Source: Schizochytrium sp. TIO01
Lineage: Eukaryota; Protista; Bigyra: Labyrinthulomycetes
Reading direction: 5' to 3'
NCBI GenBank assembly: GCA_004764695.1
Contig: SMSO01000025.1
Span: forward strand, 310,001-374,000
Length of the DNA stretch: 64,000 nucleotides
Position 1 is the first letter of the stretch, and every line of letters starts with the position of its first letter. A model generated the notes under the pieces. It saw nothing but the letters and a program-made list of their open reading frames with translations, was not told the DNA's origin and ran no database searches. Below are positions 33,009 through 45,381 of the stretch, piece by piece. Both the position numbers and the translations under genes were made by a program.

Positions 33009-35420
33009 ATGACTTCCACCGCATCGGAGGTAGAGGGCAAGACCGCATCGGCCTTTAGCGGTTTGAGCCTTGCTGGAGGTGCTTCTGGACAGCCTGATGG
33101 CGATCATGGGCAAGGGCAAGCTGGCCCTGCGACCTTCAGAGATGCCACAAAAGAAATTGCTGCCGCCTGCGAAGGCCTCGGACTTGGAGGCATGGTAATG
33201 AATGAAGGTTTTACACTTCAGGAATCTATGAATGCTCTGGAGCTCATGTCACCCAAGATGGACACTGGTATGAATGCAGACTCGTACGAAGATCTTGAGG
33301 CTCGGATGAGCAAAGGCGAAATTCGCGTGCCTGTGGCAAGTCTTCAAGAGCTAGATTGGGTTGCCAAACAACTCCTTATTCGCGAACTTGCATGGTACGA
33401 GGGTCATCTTCTGGCGGCCTCGGTATACGCCTGTGCCCATATTTGTCCAAAGGCCCTCGAAAAGCTCAAGCCGCTTGCGGAAAATATCTTCTCGAGGTGG
33501 AATGCATCCAAGCCCATCACCAAATCTGAGAGTGACAAGGGTGCTAAGAATACCACAAACAAAGCCAAAAGTGAAAACGGTGCGGGCTCGAAGGAGAATT
33601 TTGTTGTGGAAATCTCGGAAGGAGATTCAGACGAGTCGCTGATTGCAGCAATCTCGTACGCTTTGTACAGCAGCGTTGTCAAATCGTGCGGACTCGTGCG
33701 TCAGTGCATTCGCCGAGGAGATATCTATGAAGAAGAGGACTGGTCTGCTCAGACTTTTGCTCTTCCCATGGGTGATATGGGAGATGCGTCCATGACGCTC
33801 GAAATGATTGAATTTGGACAGAGCGTGCTCCGCGCAGCCCAAGCGTCGGGACGTGAGGCTTTTGCACCGGAGATTTGCCAGCGCATTGCCAAACAGTTTG
33901 AATTTCGCAGCCTTTACATGCGTGCTCTAGATGAGATGCTTCAGCCAAACATTGTGGGCTGGCCCGCCGCAGAAAAGCTTTGGGAACAGATTGCAGGCCT
34001 GGTCCCCGAGGTCGGCCCTGGCACCATCGGTGAGGGCGAGGATACTTGGAAGGCTGCCTTCAACGCAGATATTCACCGTAAGCTTCTAGCCTCGGCACCG
34101 CCTCGTGCGGGACCGACCTGCGATCCCGAGGAGGCTCAACACAACTTTGCTCGTCTTGTTGCGGATATGCGTACTGCGTGCACTTTGGTCAATGTGGAGA
34201 CCCTGTTTGGCATGTACGAGGCGCTCAGGGAATTCTCACGCCACGAACCTTCGATTGTAGTACGTTCTGTAGTCATGTTGATGGTATATTCTGACAATGA
34301 ACTAGCCCTGGGCCGCTACTCTTACGAGACATGGATCCAGGACGACATGCATGCGTATGGACTCCCAACCTACCTCCGGGAAACCGAGGAATGCAAGCTG
34401 TACAGCAAATTTGCTGTCAAACATATTTATGATGTTCTTCGCCTCATGCTCGCCAACCGCGCGCGCCAGCGCCGCAACATTGCCAACCTCCTTCCGGATT
34501 GGGCCACTATGCAGCAAGAAGCCGAGCTATACGACCACCTCGCTTTTGTAAAAGCAAACCCGCACCTTCCGCGCCTCGATGCGATGACACCAGAGCAAAT
34601 CCGTGAGAACATGTACTTTTACATGGGCAGCTGGGCCGCCGAGTGGACCAAGCGGATCATGTTACACCATCTTCTCCTGGGTTTTGAACTTGATCTCTAC
34701 AACATCAATGAATACTCCGCGATCTTCTTTTATGCGCAGGATCTCATGTCTCGGTTTTTGTCAGACCGTGAGGAGACCACCAAGTTCAACGTGTCAACGC
34801 TCACCCGCCTAGCCCGGATGGCAGAAGATAACTCAGTTCCTAAAAAGACTCAACGTATTCTCAACGCGCGCTCGGTTGGCTTGCAGAAACTCATTCGGGA
34901 ACAAAAAACTGACATGCTTCATGTCAAGGAACGCCTTCGCATCGAAATTGAGCGCCTTTGCATGGATGGATTGCTCCGCTATGCGATTGGTCTCCGTAAA
35001 TCTGGACGCTTCCCCGACCCTGAGTTAGAGTTCGGTTCTGCCAAGGTTCGTTACAACCATCGTCTCATGCCTTACAGTTATGTTGCTATGCCTCGTTTTA
35101 TTCCCTATGAAAACTTTGAGGCTGTCACGAACATGGAACACTACCAGACAAAGCAACTCCTTGAAAATGCCTCCATGTTTCTCACCAAAGCCAAGGAACT
35201 TCTCGGCCAGGCTCTCAAGACACCAAATGTCACTGACGCCGAGAAGGGCTACTTCAAGGGCCTTCTCAAGGTTGTGGTTTCCAACTCTGTTAACCTGATG
35301 CGCGCCACCGCTAGTGCCGACACCCCATTGCCCGAAGGGGCGAAACCCAAGGTGGAGGCAGACTTTCCTGCTGCCAATGCAAGCTGTTATTTCCCAGTTG
35401 TCACCTCTAAAGATCACTGA
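33009..35420 (+). CDS. NAA35: N-alpha-acetyltransferase 35, NatC auxiliary subunit (Mak10)
   Basis: FTLQESMNALELMSPKMDTGM, ELAWYEGHLLAASVYAC, DIYEEEDW, NRARQRR and LLLGFELDLY..EY..IFFY are characteristic Mak10/NAA35 blocks. First ATG is at 33009 (ORF track starts at GTG 32847). Confidence 0.92.
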   Translation: MTSTASEVEGKTASAFSGLSLAGGASGQPDGDHGQGQAGPATFRDATKEIAAACEGLGLGGMVMNEGFTLQESMNALELMSPKMDTGMNADSYEDLEARMSKGEIRVPVASLQELDWVAKQLLIRELAWYEGHLLAASVYACAHICPKALEKLKPLAENIFSRWNASKPITKSESDKGAKNTTNKAKSENGAGSKENFVVEISEGDSDESLIAAISYALYSSVVKSCGLVRQCIRRGDIYEEEDWSAQTFALPMGDMGDASMTLEMIEFGQSVLRAAQASGREAFAPEICQRIAKQFEFRSLYMRALDEMLQPNIVGWPAAEKLWEQIAGLVPEVGPGTIGEGEDTWKAAFNADIHRKLLASAPPRAGPTCDPEEAQHNFARLVADMRTACTLVNVETLFGMYEALREFSRHEPSIVVRSVVMLMVYSDNELALGRYSYETWIQDDMHAYGLPTYLRETEECKLYSKFAVKHIYDVLRLMLANRARQRRNIANLLPDWATMQQEAELYDHLAFVKANPHLPRLDAMTPEQIRENMYFYMGSWAAEWTKRIMLHHLLLGFELDLYNINEYSAIFFYAQDLMSRFLSDREETTKFNVSTLTRLARMAEDNSVPKKTQRILNARSVGLQKLIREQKTDMLHVKERLRIEIERLCMDGLLRYAIGLRKSGRFPDPELEFGSAKVRYNHRLMPYSYVAMPRFIPYENFEAVTNMEHYQTKQLLENASMFLTKAKELLGQALKTPNVTDAEKGYFKGLLKVVVSNSVNLMRATASADTPLPEGAKPKVEADFPAANASCYFPVVTSKDH

Positions 35421-38400
35421 AATTCATAATTTACCAAACCACGAGAAAAGTATGTCATGTCATGCACCGGAATCTTTATGCCTTTGAGCACTCCGGATTT
35501 TGTGGCCTGTTTAGGATCTTCCTTGATGCCTACCAATGCGAAATCTGCGTTGCTTGGGTTTTTCTTGATTACCTCCAGCCCAATATTCTTGAACATTGCG
35601 GTCATTTCTTTCAAGTCCTTCACGGCACTTGGTGTCATATACATTATCCTTCCTGTGAGTAAAGGTACCGTACATGCATCGCGTTTTAAAAGTGTTTGCT
35701 CAAGGTCAATTTGCATGTCCAGCTTTTTATTGAAACCACGAGGAGCATACTCTTCAGTGTTTTTAGCTGGGAACTTGTTTTGTGAGCTGTCCTGTAGCCA
35801 ACGATAGTTCACAATTCGCGGACTGCTACGACCACACAGGGCAAGGCACTCCAGGAGCTTCCGTGACGTAGGAAATTGCGATTCTGGATCGCCAGTACCT
35901 ACAATAAGATGCGTTAGTCGCACAGCTGGGTCCTTTTCTGCAAACTTCCCTCCAACCGCCCTGATCCACTTCATCGCTTGTTTTCGCTCTGAATTTTCTG
36001 ACATATCGATACCAGTGATTTGTACGCGGATTTCAGAAGTTAATGACGGTGCAGCACTTCGGGTGTTAGTACTGCCACTCGCAGTGCGTTTCGCAGAGGG
36101 GAGGTCTTGTTGGCTGCCCGAAGTCATGGATGAGACACTACGTTTAGCGCCACGACGTGTTGGAGTCGGAGTAGCCTCCACTACCTTGCTCCCGCTCATT
36201 TGTTTACTTGTAGAACTTGAGGACGCTCGACTAGATTTGATATTCTTAGGTGTAGCCTTCTTTCGTGGTGTTGCAGCCGACTCTGACGCTTGACTATTTG
36301 TGTCACCTGCTTTTCGTTTATTGTTCTGGCGACTTGCTCGTGCCTTCGAAGTGCCCATTGAGGTGGACTGTCTGCTGCTTTTCATGGAAGGTGTTGAATT
36401 CAATTCAGATGGATCAGAAACCCGGGTTTTTTGAGTTTCTTGACGCTCTAGAGACGTTGACCTTGCTGACTGCCTTGTTTTCGCTTTCACGTTTTTGCCC
36501 TCGCTAGGAAAGAGTTTAGTGTGCTCGTCTTCATGATCAGAAATGTTTGAATCTTCTCTGCCAACTTTGACGTCTTCATAATGTTTTCGAACTTGAGTAT
36601 AGTTCTCCTTAGAATACTCACTGAAGGTTTCGAGCAAAGTTTTGTGGGTACGGCGTCGGTTCACAAGCTTGGCTGGCACACCATATTCCTCGATTATTGA
36701 CGACTTTAGCTCCTGTATAGACCCCAAACCCATCAATCGTGAAATATGCGTCTGAACCCAGAAGTGAAGGCGAACTCGTGCACGACGCTCTGGTAAAGAT
36801 GCATTTCCACCACAAGCAAACTCGGTTTCGATGCTTGAAATGCCTGATTGATCAAGAACCTTCTGTAGTGCCTCATGGTCAAGAGATGCTACGTCCTGAG
36901 TGCTCGGGCCCCAATCATCTTGCTCACTATCACGTCCTTCATCGACATCGCTTGGGACGTCACTAGCATTGTCATCGTCTTCTGCATCGCCATCTTTTGC
37001 GCCAGTTCCATCTTTTGGAAGAGTTTGCTTTCTTGGTACTGGACTTCACTTCCATGCGAGATGATTTAGCTCGAAGCAAAGGAGACGAATTGGACTTTTG
37101 GGGTGTGGAAGCAGCGTCGCTATCCAATTGCGTCATAAAAAGTTCACGTGCGCGTTTTCGGGGTGTTTCTCCACCCTCGGAACTTTTTTCGTCTTCACTA
37201 TCACCATCCTCGTCTGGAACTTGAGTCTCCGCAGTAGCTACGATATCATCACCACCAAACTCGCCACTTTCATGAGACCGTGTCTCAACGCTATCTTCTT
37301 CAGAGATGAAATTAGCAGGATTTGACACATTATTACCTGTTGGAGAGGATAATACCTTCTCTTCACTTAAACCTTGATCATCTTGCTTGTCTACGTTTGC
37401 TTCTGTGCTGTTTTTATCAGAAACGTTGGTCCAATTATTGTTTTCTTCTTGTTTAGATTTGTCAGATGCAGTTGATGTATGCCCATCCCTATTCTCATTT
37501 TCGTTCTCGGTGGAGGGTTTCAATGTTGCCCCGGCTTTTATTTCTGCGTTAGCATCAGTATTATTTGTTTCTATCTCACTGCCTCCCAGTTTGACTTGGT
37601 GTGAAATTGGCTCGCGCCTTTCTAACTCTTTTCCTTCAAATTTACTGATTGCAGAGGTGTCAATTTTCTCGGATGATTTGTTTATCTCGGCTGTAGTCAA
37701 TAAGGGATCTTCTTTTGAAGCCGAGTTGATTTTCAACGCACCCTTTTTGCCTTCTTGGTCTGATTGATCAAAAGCAGAAAGTTCAAGTGTTGTAGCATCA
37801 ATGGTATCACCTGTAGGAGCCAACGGTTGGAATTCGCTCGGCAATTCAGCACTTGGCCTCTTCGATTTCTCAACCTCTGAGGACGGATCAGAAGTAGTTG
37901 ACTCCTTTTCAGGAGATATAGAACCTTTTGCATCTACCTGCCCTCCCAGCCCGGTCGAATTCAGAGAAGGATTTTTTTCACTCGCGAGGTCTTTTTCTTC
38001 AGTGACACTGTAGCCCTGACCAAATTTCGATTCTATGGAACCCTTGGGGCGAGTTGATGATTCTGCTTCACTTTCATCGATATTGTTAGCTTCGCTTCCG
38101 GTCTCATCATCTTCTTCGTCGTCGTCTGGTTCTAAGCACTGTGTTTTTAAAACGGAAACGTCTACCAGTTTTGCTTCGTTAGAAGTGACTGGATTAATCT
38201 CTCCTTCGGCACTACTTTCATCCCGCTGCGCAGCATCTTCAAGGTTTTGGACACGATTGTCGCCAATAGAACCAACACCCTCGCTATTATTATCTAAATC
38301 ATCTCCCTCGTCATCGAGTTGTTGCGTTTTAAGCTCAGTATTACCGATATTAAGTTCAGACTCAACTCTTGATTCTGAAGTTTCACCTTTGAAAGAACTG

Positions 38401-39662
38401 GCAACAGTAGGAACGGCACGTGCACCATTAGTTTGTGCAACATCTTGGGTGGGCACTTCGTTGACCGTTCTCTCCTCCCCAACCTCTGAGTCCTGAGTGA
38501 CTAGACCGTGGCCGAAAACCTCTTGTGTTGGTAACACTGCCGGATGCGCCTGGCGAGATTTGAAGTCACTCTCTGAGGCAGTCGACACTGCATCGTCTGC
38601 AGCACCGGCGTCTAGCATCTCCTCGTCTTCCTCAAGCTTGTTTCTATTTTTAAACGTCAGATTAGCAGGCGTCTCCATAACCAATGCGCTTCGGTGGTCA
38701 TTGAATTTACCGTTGTAGCCATCATCATCGGCGCTGCTATTATCGTCATCGTCCATTGGCACTCCCATAAAGTCCTGCGACTCTTCGTCCCATTGATCAC
38801 CAGGATCATCGCCCAAAGTGCTTGGTAGAGTGCCTGGAAGTAGAGAATCACGGCCTTGTCGCGAAGAAGCTGCTGCGGATTTCTTTTCGGTGTCGAGTAC
38901 AAGTCTTTCGGTTTGCGGTGGGTATTTGTGTTTACCACCCACTCTGTCCTCTCGAGGCGTGGAAACGATGTGGAAAGGTGGGGGCGTCGGCTTCACTTGA
39001 CGTGCAGTTGGCGGAATGCCTCTTCCCGAGGTATCTCCAAACTGACGTTGTGTTGGTGTGAACATTGGCGTCGATACGACCCCGGTGCTTGCTGTGCCCG
39101 GGTCCTCAAATTGCACCTGCGTAGCTGGTAGCTGAGGTGATTGAAAACTGACTGAGGCCTGCGAGGGCTGGTCACTCTCTCTTTTAGAGTGGTTGTCGAC
39201 TTCTTGGCTACTCTTTTCTGGCTCGTTGGCCTGCGTGCTCAGTAGCCTTGGTGTTGCTGGCTGCTGCTCTTTACTTGGGAGAGCATTTACAACCTTGCCT
39301 TGCGCCAACAAGCTCTGAGTGATTTCTTCTCGCCCGCCCAAGGTGCAAAGGATTTTGTTACCGACCCGAAACGATTCTTTGGAATTTAACGTGTTGTCTT
39401 TTAGTGGTTCATCTTGCTTGGCCTCTCTAAGCTCCGCACTGCCAGCCTTTTGCATCACCAGGTAGCTGCCATCCGCAATACAAAAGATCTGGAGAACTAG
39501 GTCTTCTAATCCGTGTTTCGAAAACATTACAGTCTTAACTGCATTTTCTGAGGTGCTCTCTGAGCTTGCGAGCTCTGTTCTTGCCTTGAGCAGTACAATC
39601 TCCAAATCTGAGCCCTCGATAGACGCAATCTTCAGAAAACCCGTCGCCTCGCTGACCTCCAT
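35414..39662 (-). CDS. Large TQ/SQ-rich protein with C-terminal tandem BRCT domains (MDC1/Crb2/53BP1-like checkpoint mediator), split by a 1-nt frame change near 36975-37045
   Basis: ORF 36972..39662 is acidic with many TQ motifs. ORF 35414..36736 ends in BRCT motifs (VQITGI..IRAVGG, RLTHLIVG, RKLLECLALCG..IVNYRWLQDS, LLTGRIMYMT). The downstream frame stays open up to about 37045 (SPVPRKQTLPKDGTGAKDGDAEDDDNASD...STQDV), overlapping the end of the upstream ORF. Confidence 0.72.
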
Positions 39663-41483
39663 TCTTCAGTATCTCCCGTAGAGTATTCGGCAGGTCAACT
39701 CGAATACTGTAAGAGTTTCCCTGGAAACCAATGACCCCCCTTTGGCCCTAAACAGTGTCAAGCTCGGTTGCTTGCCTCAAGTTTATTCCCAGAGGCACGC
39801 GCCTTTGAAGCGTGGTTGCGAAGTCTCCAAGTTTATCTCAGACCTCGATGCAGATCCTCTTTTCTGATTAAAGGCACCTGGCAGCCCTTCGCAGCTAATT
39901 TTCGCTGCAGAGTTAGCTTCGAGATCGCTAGCCGCTTGTCCAAGTCCAGCGGCGTGGACCTGCGATGTGAACTGCAGCAGAAGAGCGCAGAGACAGCGCC
40001 GCCGAGGTGCGGATTTTTTGCTCTGCTCGAGTGAGTGAACGAATGAGTTCATCAATCAATCATCAATGAAAACTATGAATGAAAATTTTATATTTCATTC
40101 AAACAAAACTATGGGAGCTACCAAATCATTTTGGTGCTTCTGTTTCGCAGTGATTTGCTTTGCCTTGAAATTTTACACAAGCGAGCTACCCTCGCGCCAG
40201 CGAGAGCGCCTCTCCGGTCCTTCGGTTTTTGATAAATCGAGCTTACTTGCGTTGGATGTTATTTTACTTCATGTGGCTGTTTTATCAATGAAGGGCTGTG
40301 AGAGGAGAGAGATCCACAGCAGGATTACGGAGATCATGTCATTCGCTCTCAGGCTCAAGTGTATGAAGGGAGGAATCTGTGCAAGCTACGATAGCGATAC
40401 TCGAGTCCAGGGACATCATCTTCATGAAATGCAGGTGATAGCCTAGTTACAGAGAGCGAAAAAGAACGAGTCTGAAATAGTACCTTTGACCATAATGATA
40501 TTCCATGCGCCAGGCGATTCGCAGAATCAACGAACGAAGGAAAAGAATTGTTTTTGCAAAATGATGAAGAGAAACATACCACATCGGCAGCTGTAGGTGA
40601 TGAGGTAGATCATCGAGCCGAAAGGTGTTTGCAGAATGAACTCAGCAAAGAATTACAGGGTTCCTGGTCAAAGCTAATCGTGAAGTGTCAGGAGTAAAGA
40701 AACCTAGAACTCTGATTCGAGACACCAACAAGAATCAGGCCTATGAGAAGTCATATAGAAAGTCAGACGATTGCTTCTCTTCTAAAAACTATGAATTCGT
40801 CAATCCTCAACAGCGAGCTTGTGGCAGGTATTTATTTATTTTTTTTGACTGGTAATTCCTGCGTACATATACCCGTACTATTCGTTCTCTAAAATGAGTT
40901 TTTCTCTTATTCTTGATTTGCAGTGCCTCCAAACCTTCTGTATCTCAGCTTGCTCGTCTGAGTTCTCCCGAGAGCGACAAGTGCAACCAACATCCAAAAC
41001 TTAAAGTTGATAACCGACTATTGTTTAGCAAATGAAGATTAGGTGCTATACAAGTACACTATCCCAGAAGAACAAGTTCATACTAACATTATAACTCACT
41101 TTGAATATCCTCTCTACTATCAACTATAGATCCCAAGAAAACTCGCAAAAGAACGCCGTTGAAAAAAGAACTATAAAGGGTAGTATGGCCAGATGGGGTC
41201 CCATAAAAATCATAGGGAAAGAGGCAGAAAAAGTAGGACTCGCAAAACCACAAGTCGCGCCAGGAACCACCTCCGCGCGGACCCGGCCACCCCCGTGGCT
41301 CTCGGGCCTGTGCGAAGCCTCTCCCGCGGGCTAACCCAGATCTCCTCGCGGGCCTCCCGACGCATCTCGGCCCTCCGTAACGCGTGCCGCTTGACATCGG
41401 CCGCCCACTAACCTCGGCCACAATCGCGCCTCTGCCTACTGTGAAAATCTTCGTTTAGTTGGAATTAGTCTTCGACGAGCACC

Positions 41484-43208
41484 ATGATGGGCAGAGGCCT
41501 CCCACCGACACTGCCTACGGCTCGAAGGAATGGCCGTCCTCGGGCCGGTAGAGGTAACGCAGTCAAGAGACCGCGCCCTCGACCTCGCTCGGCAGCACCA
41601 CCTGCTGCAAAATCTGCAAGGACTGCCACATCCACTTCAGCCACAGGTAGTTCTGAGGATCACGCTGTGGGAAATGACCGTGAGGATATCAACGTTGACG
41701 ATGATGCAACCTATGATGAATCTAGAAATGATGGAAGTTCTGGCGAACATAATGAAGGTGGAAACGACGTAGGAAATGGGTCTAGAGAGCAAGGCGAAAA
41801 TGGTAACCAAGGTGACTCAAATGCAGGCCTTCCGGCGCCGCCAGCCCTGAGGGAGCCGAATGGCATCTCATCGATGCCAGCAGCAATCTCGGTGACCGTG
41901 GGCACAAGTTTTGGTGAGCTTAATGGTTCAAGAGGCGAGAGCAATGGAGTGCAAAATGAGGCTTCGAATCAGACGTCAACATCGATGGTACCAGCATCGA
42001 ATTTGGTTCCGGAATCTTCGTCAAGATTGCAGAGAAGATTGAGCAACAGCAGTGCACGCAGTAGCTCAGGATCTGGACCATCCTCAGGCGTGCACCAACA
42101 TGGTCACCCGCACCCACATCCAAATCCACACCCGCACCCGCACCCACACCCCCCACATATGCAAACTCAAGCTCATGCAGCGAGAACATCGAGCCTCGGG
42201 CTATCATCAAACCTTGCTCCCGCGAGTACTATGGGCACTGCCGTAGCAGGAGGATCGGATCAGGCAGGAATAACTACAAGCGTGGCAAACTCTGGCATCG
42301 GATCACTCGTGGTGGAACGTAACGGTGTCTCTGCGGACCCCGACGACCTGAGTAAACTGCCCATGAAGGCGTTTCTTCGTAATCGTCCTCGGGGTAAACC
42401 TGCACCGAGTGGTATCCGACGTCGCGAGAATATGCGCAAAAGGCGCGAAGAACTCAAGCGTCTACGAGATCTTGGAATCGACCCGGAGGAAGCTGAGAAA
42501 AAGTTGAGGGAAGAAGCCGAACGTCAAAAGGCCGAGGCTGAGCGCGAGGCCGCTAAACCACGCGCGCCCAAGGCCACAATCAAAAATGGCAAGCTTGTTC
42601 TAGACGAAGAGAGTATTGTTTGGCGTCCCAAGGTGCAGGAGGTTAGCGAGGTTTCTGTCCAAGATGATGAGGGTCATAGGGTCACTTCTCAATCATACTC
42701 TAAGCGTCAAGGTGGTCCTCGCTGGACTGAGGAGGAAACTCGCATCTTTTACATGGCGCTGCGCCAGTGCGGCCAGGATTTTTCCATGATTGCCGAGTTT
42801 TTCCCCAAAAGGACCCGCAAACAAATTAGCAAGAAATATAAACGTGAGGAACGCGATCGTCCAGACCTTGTTGAGCGTGCGTTGAACCCTAACGCTTCAC
42901 TCCCACTAGAAATGACTTCTCTGGAACCTGCTTTCTTACGCGAGATCAGGCGACTGGAGGAGCACTTTGAAAAGCACGGCAAAGAACCAGCATCCACATT
43001 AGAAGAAGCTATCGAGACTGCTGGCGTTGTTGAAGTGGAAGATGATGAGGAGAAAGAGCAGGATGATGGAGAGACTACAACTGGTGACCTTCAAGACAAC
43101 GACAGTAATCAAAACAATGGTGACGACGAGGAAGATGAGGAGGATGAGGAGGATGACGAAGATGAGGATGATGATGTGGATCACGATATAGATGACTATG
43201 ACGAATAA
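41484..43208 (+). CDS. BDP1: Transcription factor TFIIIB component B'' (Bdp1), SANT/Myb domain
   Basis: GKLVLDEESI, VTSQSYSKR and RWTEEETRIFYMALRQCGQDFSMIAEFFPKRTRKQISKKYKREER..P.LVERAL match the Bdp1 signature. Acidic tail. Confidence 0.9.
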   Translation: MMGRGLPPTLPTARRNGRPRAGRGNAVKRPRPRPRSAAPPAAKSARTATSTSATGSSEDHAVGNDREDINVDDDATYDESRNDGSSGEHNEGGNDVGNGSREQGENGNQGDSNAGLPAPPALREPNGISSMPAAISVTVGTSFGELNGSRGESNGVQNEASNQTSTSMVPASNLVPESSSRLQRRLSNSSARSSSGSGPSSGVHQHGHPHPHPNPHPHPHPHPPHMQTQAHAARTSSLGLSSNLAPASTMGTAVAGGSDQAGITTSVANSGIGSLVVERNGVSADPDDLSKLPMKAFLRNRPRGKPAPSGIRRRENMRKRREELKRLRDLGIDPEEAEKKLREEAERQKAEAEREAAKPRAPKATIKNGKLVLDEESIVWRPKVQEVSEVSVQDDEGHRVTSQSYSKRQGGPRWTEEETRIFYMALRQCGQDFSMIAEFFPKRTRKQISKKYKREERDRPDLVERALNPNASLPLEMTSLEPAFLREIRRLEEHFEKHGKEPASTLEEAIETAGVVEVEDDEEKEQDDGETTTGDLQDNDSNQNNGDDEEDEEDEEDDEDEDDDVDHDIDDYDE

Positions 43209-45381
43209 TTGTTTACTCGTGCTTTTTCCAAGCAGTCCGTGCTCATGCTCTCAAACTTCCCCTTATTAAATTCCGAATTCTGCTTCCGAAGCAGACGGGT
43301 CCATACCACTCAATGGACACAGTAGGTAGGTGGGTTCTGCGGTTGCTTGTTTTGCCGCAAGTATGTCACGCATAGAATCTCACTGTTCTGTCTCCTTTTT
43401 GCTTTTTATGCGAAGAAAAACAAAGCAAGTAATAATAATCATAATAACACCTCACACTGAATGGGCTCAAGTGTAACAGCGCTTCTTCGTCCTGTGGCAA
43501 CAAAGCTTTAAATTTAATGCCAAAACCAAAACAAGAAAAAAAAGGTCGTTGTCCAGTGTCTCATGGTGGGATTCCAAGAATCTCACTTTACACATGCCAT
43601 TTCACTCATATAAATCATTACGTAGTATGATCTATCTACAATATTTCGATGTTCTATTTTTGTTAAACACATTAGCTATGGATGGTTATATCTTCAATTT
43701 ACAAGTTTTTTGTTTGTTTGTGTTTTTTTGTCACAAAAATATTCTACTTATGTTTCACATGACTTGGAAACAATCTCAAAGACGCAGCTCGCCGAAAGTG
43801 CATTGCCTCCTATGAGGAAATGCTGAGCAGCGTTTTAATACACCATTATACCAAACTCTTGCCGAAATATTATAATTTAGAAAATATCGCCGCAAGGGTG
43901 GTAAACTACAATGAGCAATATTCTAGTTTTATCGATACTCTGTCATTTCGCCTCGGGCAGAGCATCTATCGAACTCCCAGCAAAGACCTTTTCAAGATAT
44001 GTAGTAGCTTGCTGCATGAGGTTCACTACGACCCCATGCATTGACTTTAAAGGAAGTCAGCAAAGCGCAAACTAAAAAGTCATCATCATCCTCCAAAATA
44101 TATATTAGACCTTTGAACTCAGCGAATTCTTCATACTCTGGGAACCACAAAATATGATTTTGGGTTCGTAATGGAGTCTTAAGCCTATGAAAACACCTTT
44201 TCTCAATGCCTACCTTTGATTTTACATCGCGATCAGAAGGGACTTGATACCTAAAAGAACAATGCTCACTGTGCCGTTTAATAATGACAATCATAATGAG
44301 AGTTGCCATTAGCCAAGGGGTGGCCTTCTGAAGGGTAATGTCGGCAGTGAACTCAAGATGAAATTCTTTCATTGAAAGCACACCAAATTATATTAATTTG
44401 CTCATTCTTAGAGTCAGAGAGAACAAATGGACCAGCCGCACTCGTTGGCAGTGTTGTCCTATCCAGCTTTGAGTGAACTACTCCACAAGACTATAAACTG
44501 CTATGTGTTGAGATTCACGTGGGTTCTCACGCAACTTGGAATAAGGATTGCGAGGAGTATCTATAGCCAGTGAGGATGTGCTCCTCCTATCCAGGTCTGC
44601 GTAGGGAGGTACTGCTACAGAAGAGCTCGCTGTAGGAGGGTTTAGGCTACTTGTAAGAATACGAGGAAAGTAAAAAAATCAAAAAATGGCCTGCAAAACT
44701 TCAATTCCCGAGCTGCGCAGCGTGTTCAAGGTCGCTTCACCATAAAACGCAAGAGCTGTTCAGACTCGTTGGGCACGGAGTCGCCGCCAGGCTTCCAGGC
44801 GAAGCTGGGCAGGCTCGAGGGGTCTTTCCCGTACACGGGAGCGAGCGAATTCCTGCAGGTCATTAACTCGTTTCATTCCTTGAAGAAAAAAGCACTTCAC
44901 TTCTTGTACGATGTCAGAGCGCAATAAAGGTGAGTAGAGGAGCAAGACTAGCAACCATGTACAGAGTTCCAGAGCGAGGATGCTCCACTGCTTGTCTACA
45001 CCCTCAACTTGGATGAGAACGAGGCGAAAGAAAATATATGCACGTGTAAGACGTTGATGTACTTTGTATCGTCAAGTTTCATTTTGTTGCAAGAGCAATT
45101 ATGAGGTTTAGTTATTTTTGGTGCCGGTGGGAAGATGTAAACTGGAGTCATCCTTTTGCATATAAGTTGCAGACAAGTCAAGCAGGATTAATAGTGCACT
45201 AGACAGCGCTTTGCAGGCCAAGGCAATAATCTATCGTCTTCTAATCTTTTTACAGATCTCTAATGCAATTAAGTGAGGAAACGCATCATCAAGAACACTA
45301 ACACATCAGGAGTTTGGATTAATTTTTTTTGGAAACAACCGATGTCGGAAAGCCGCAACGCAAGGGCTCATTGCCGATACA

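Noticed and set aside
41089-41421. GC-rich short ORFs upstream of BDP1
   Set aside because: Most simply a GC-rich promoter or 5' UTR, with no protein-like signal.
43992-44381. 129-aa minus-strand ORF
   Set aside because: Non-ATG start, no recognisable motif and no support beyond length.
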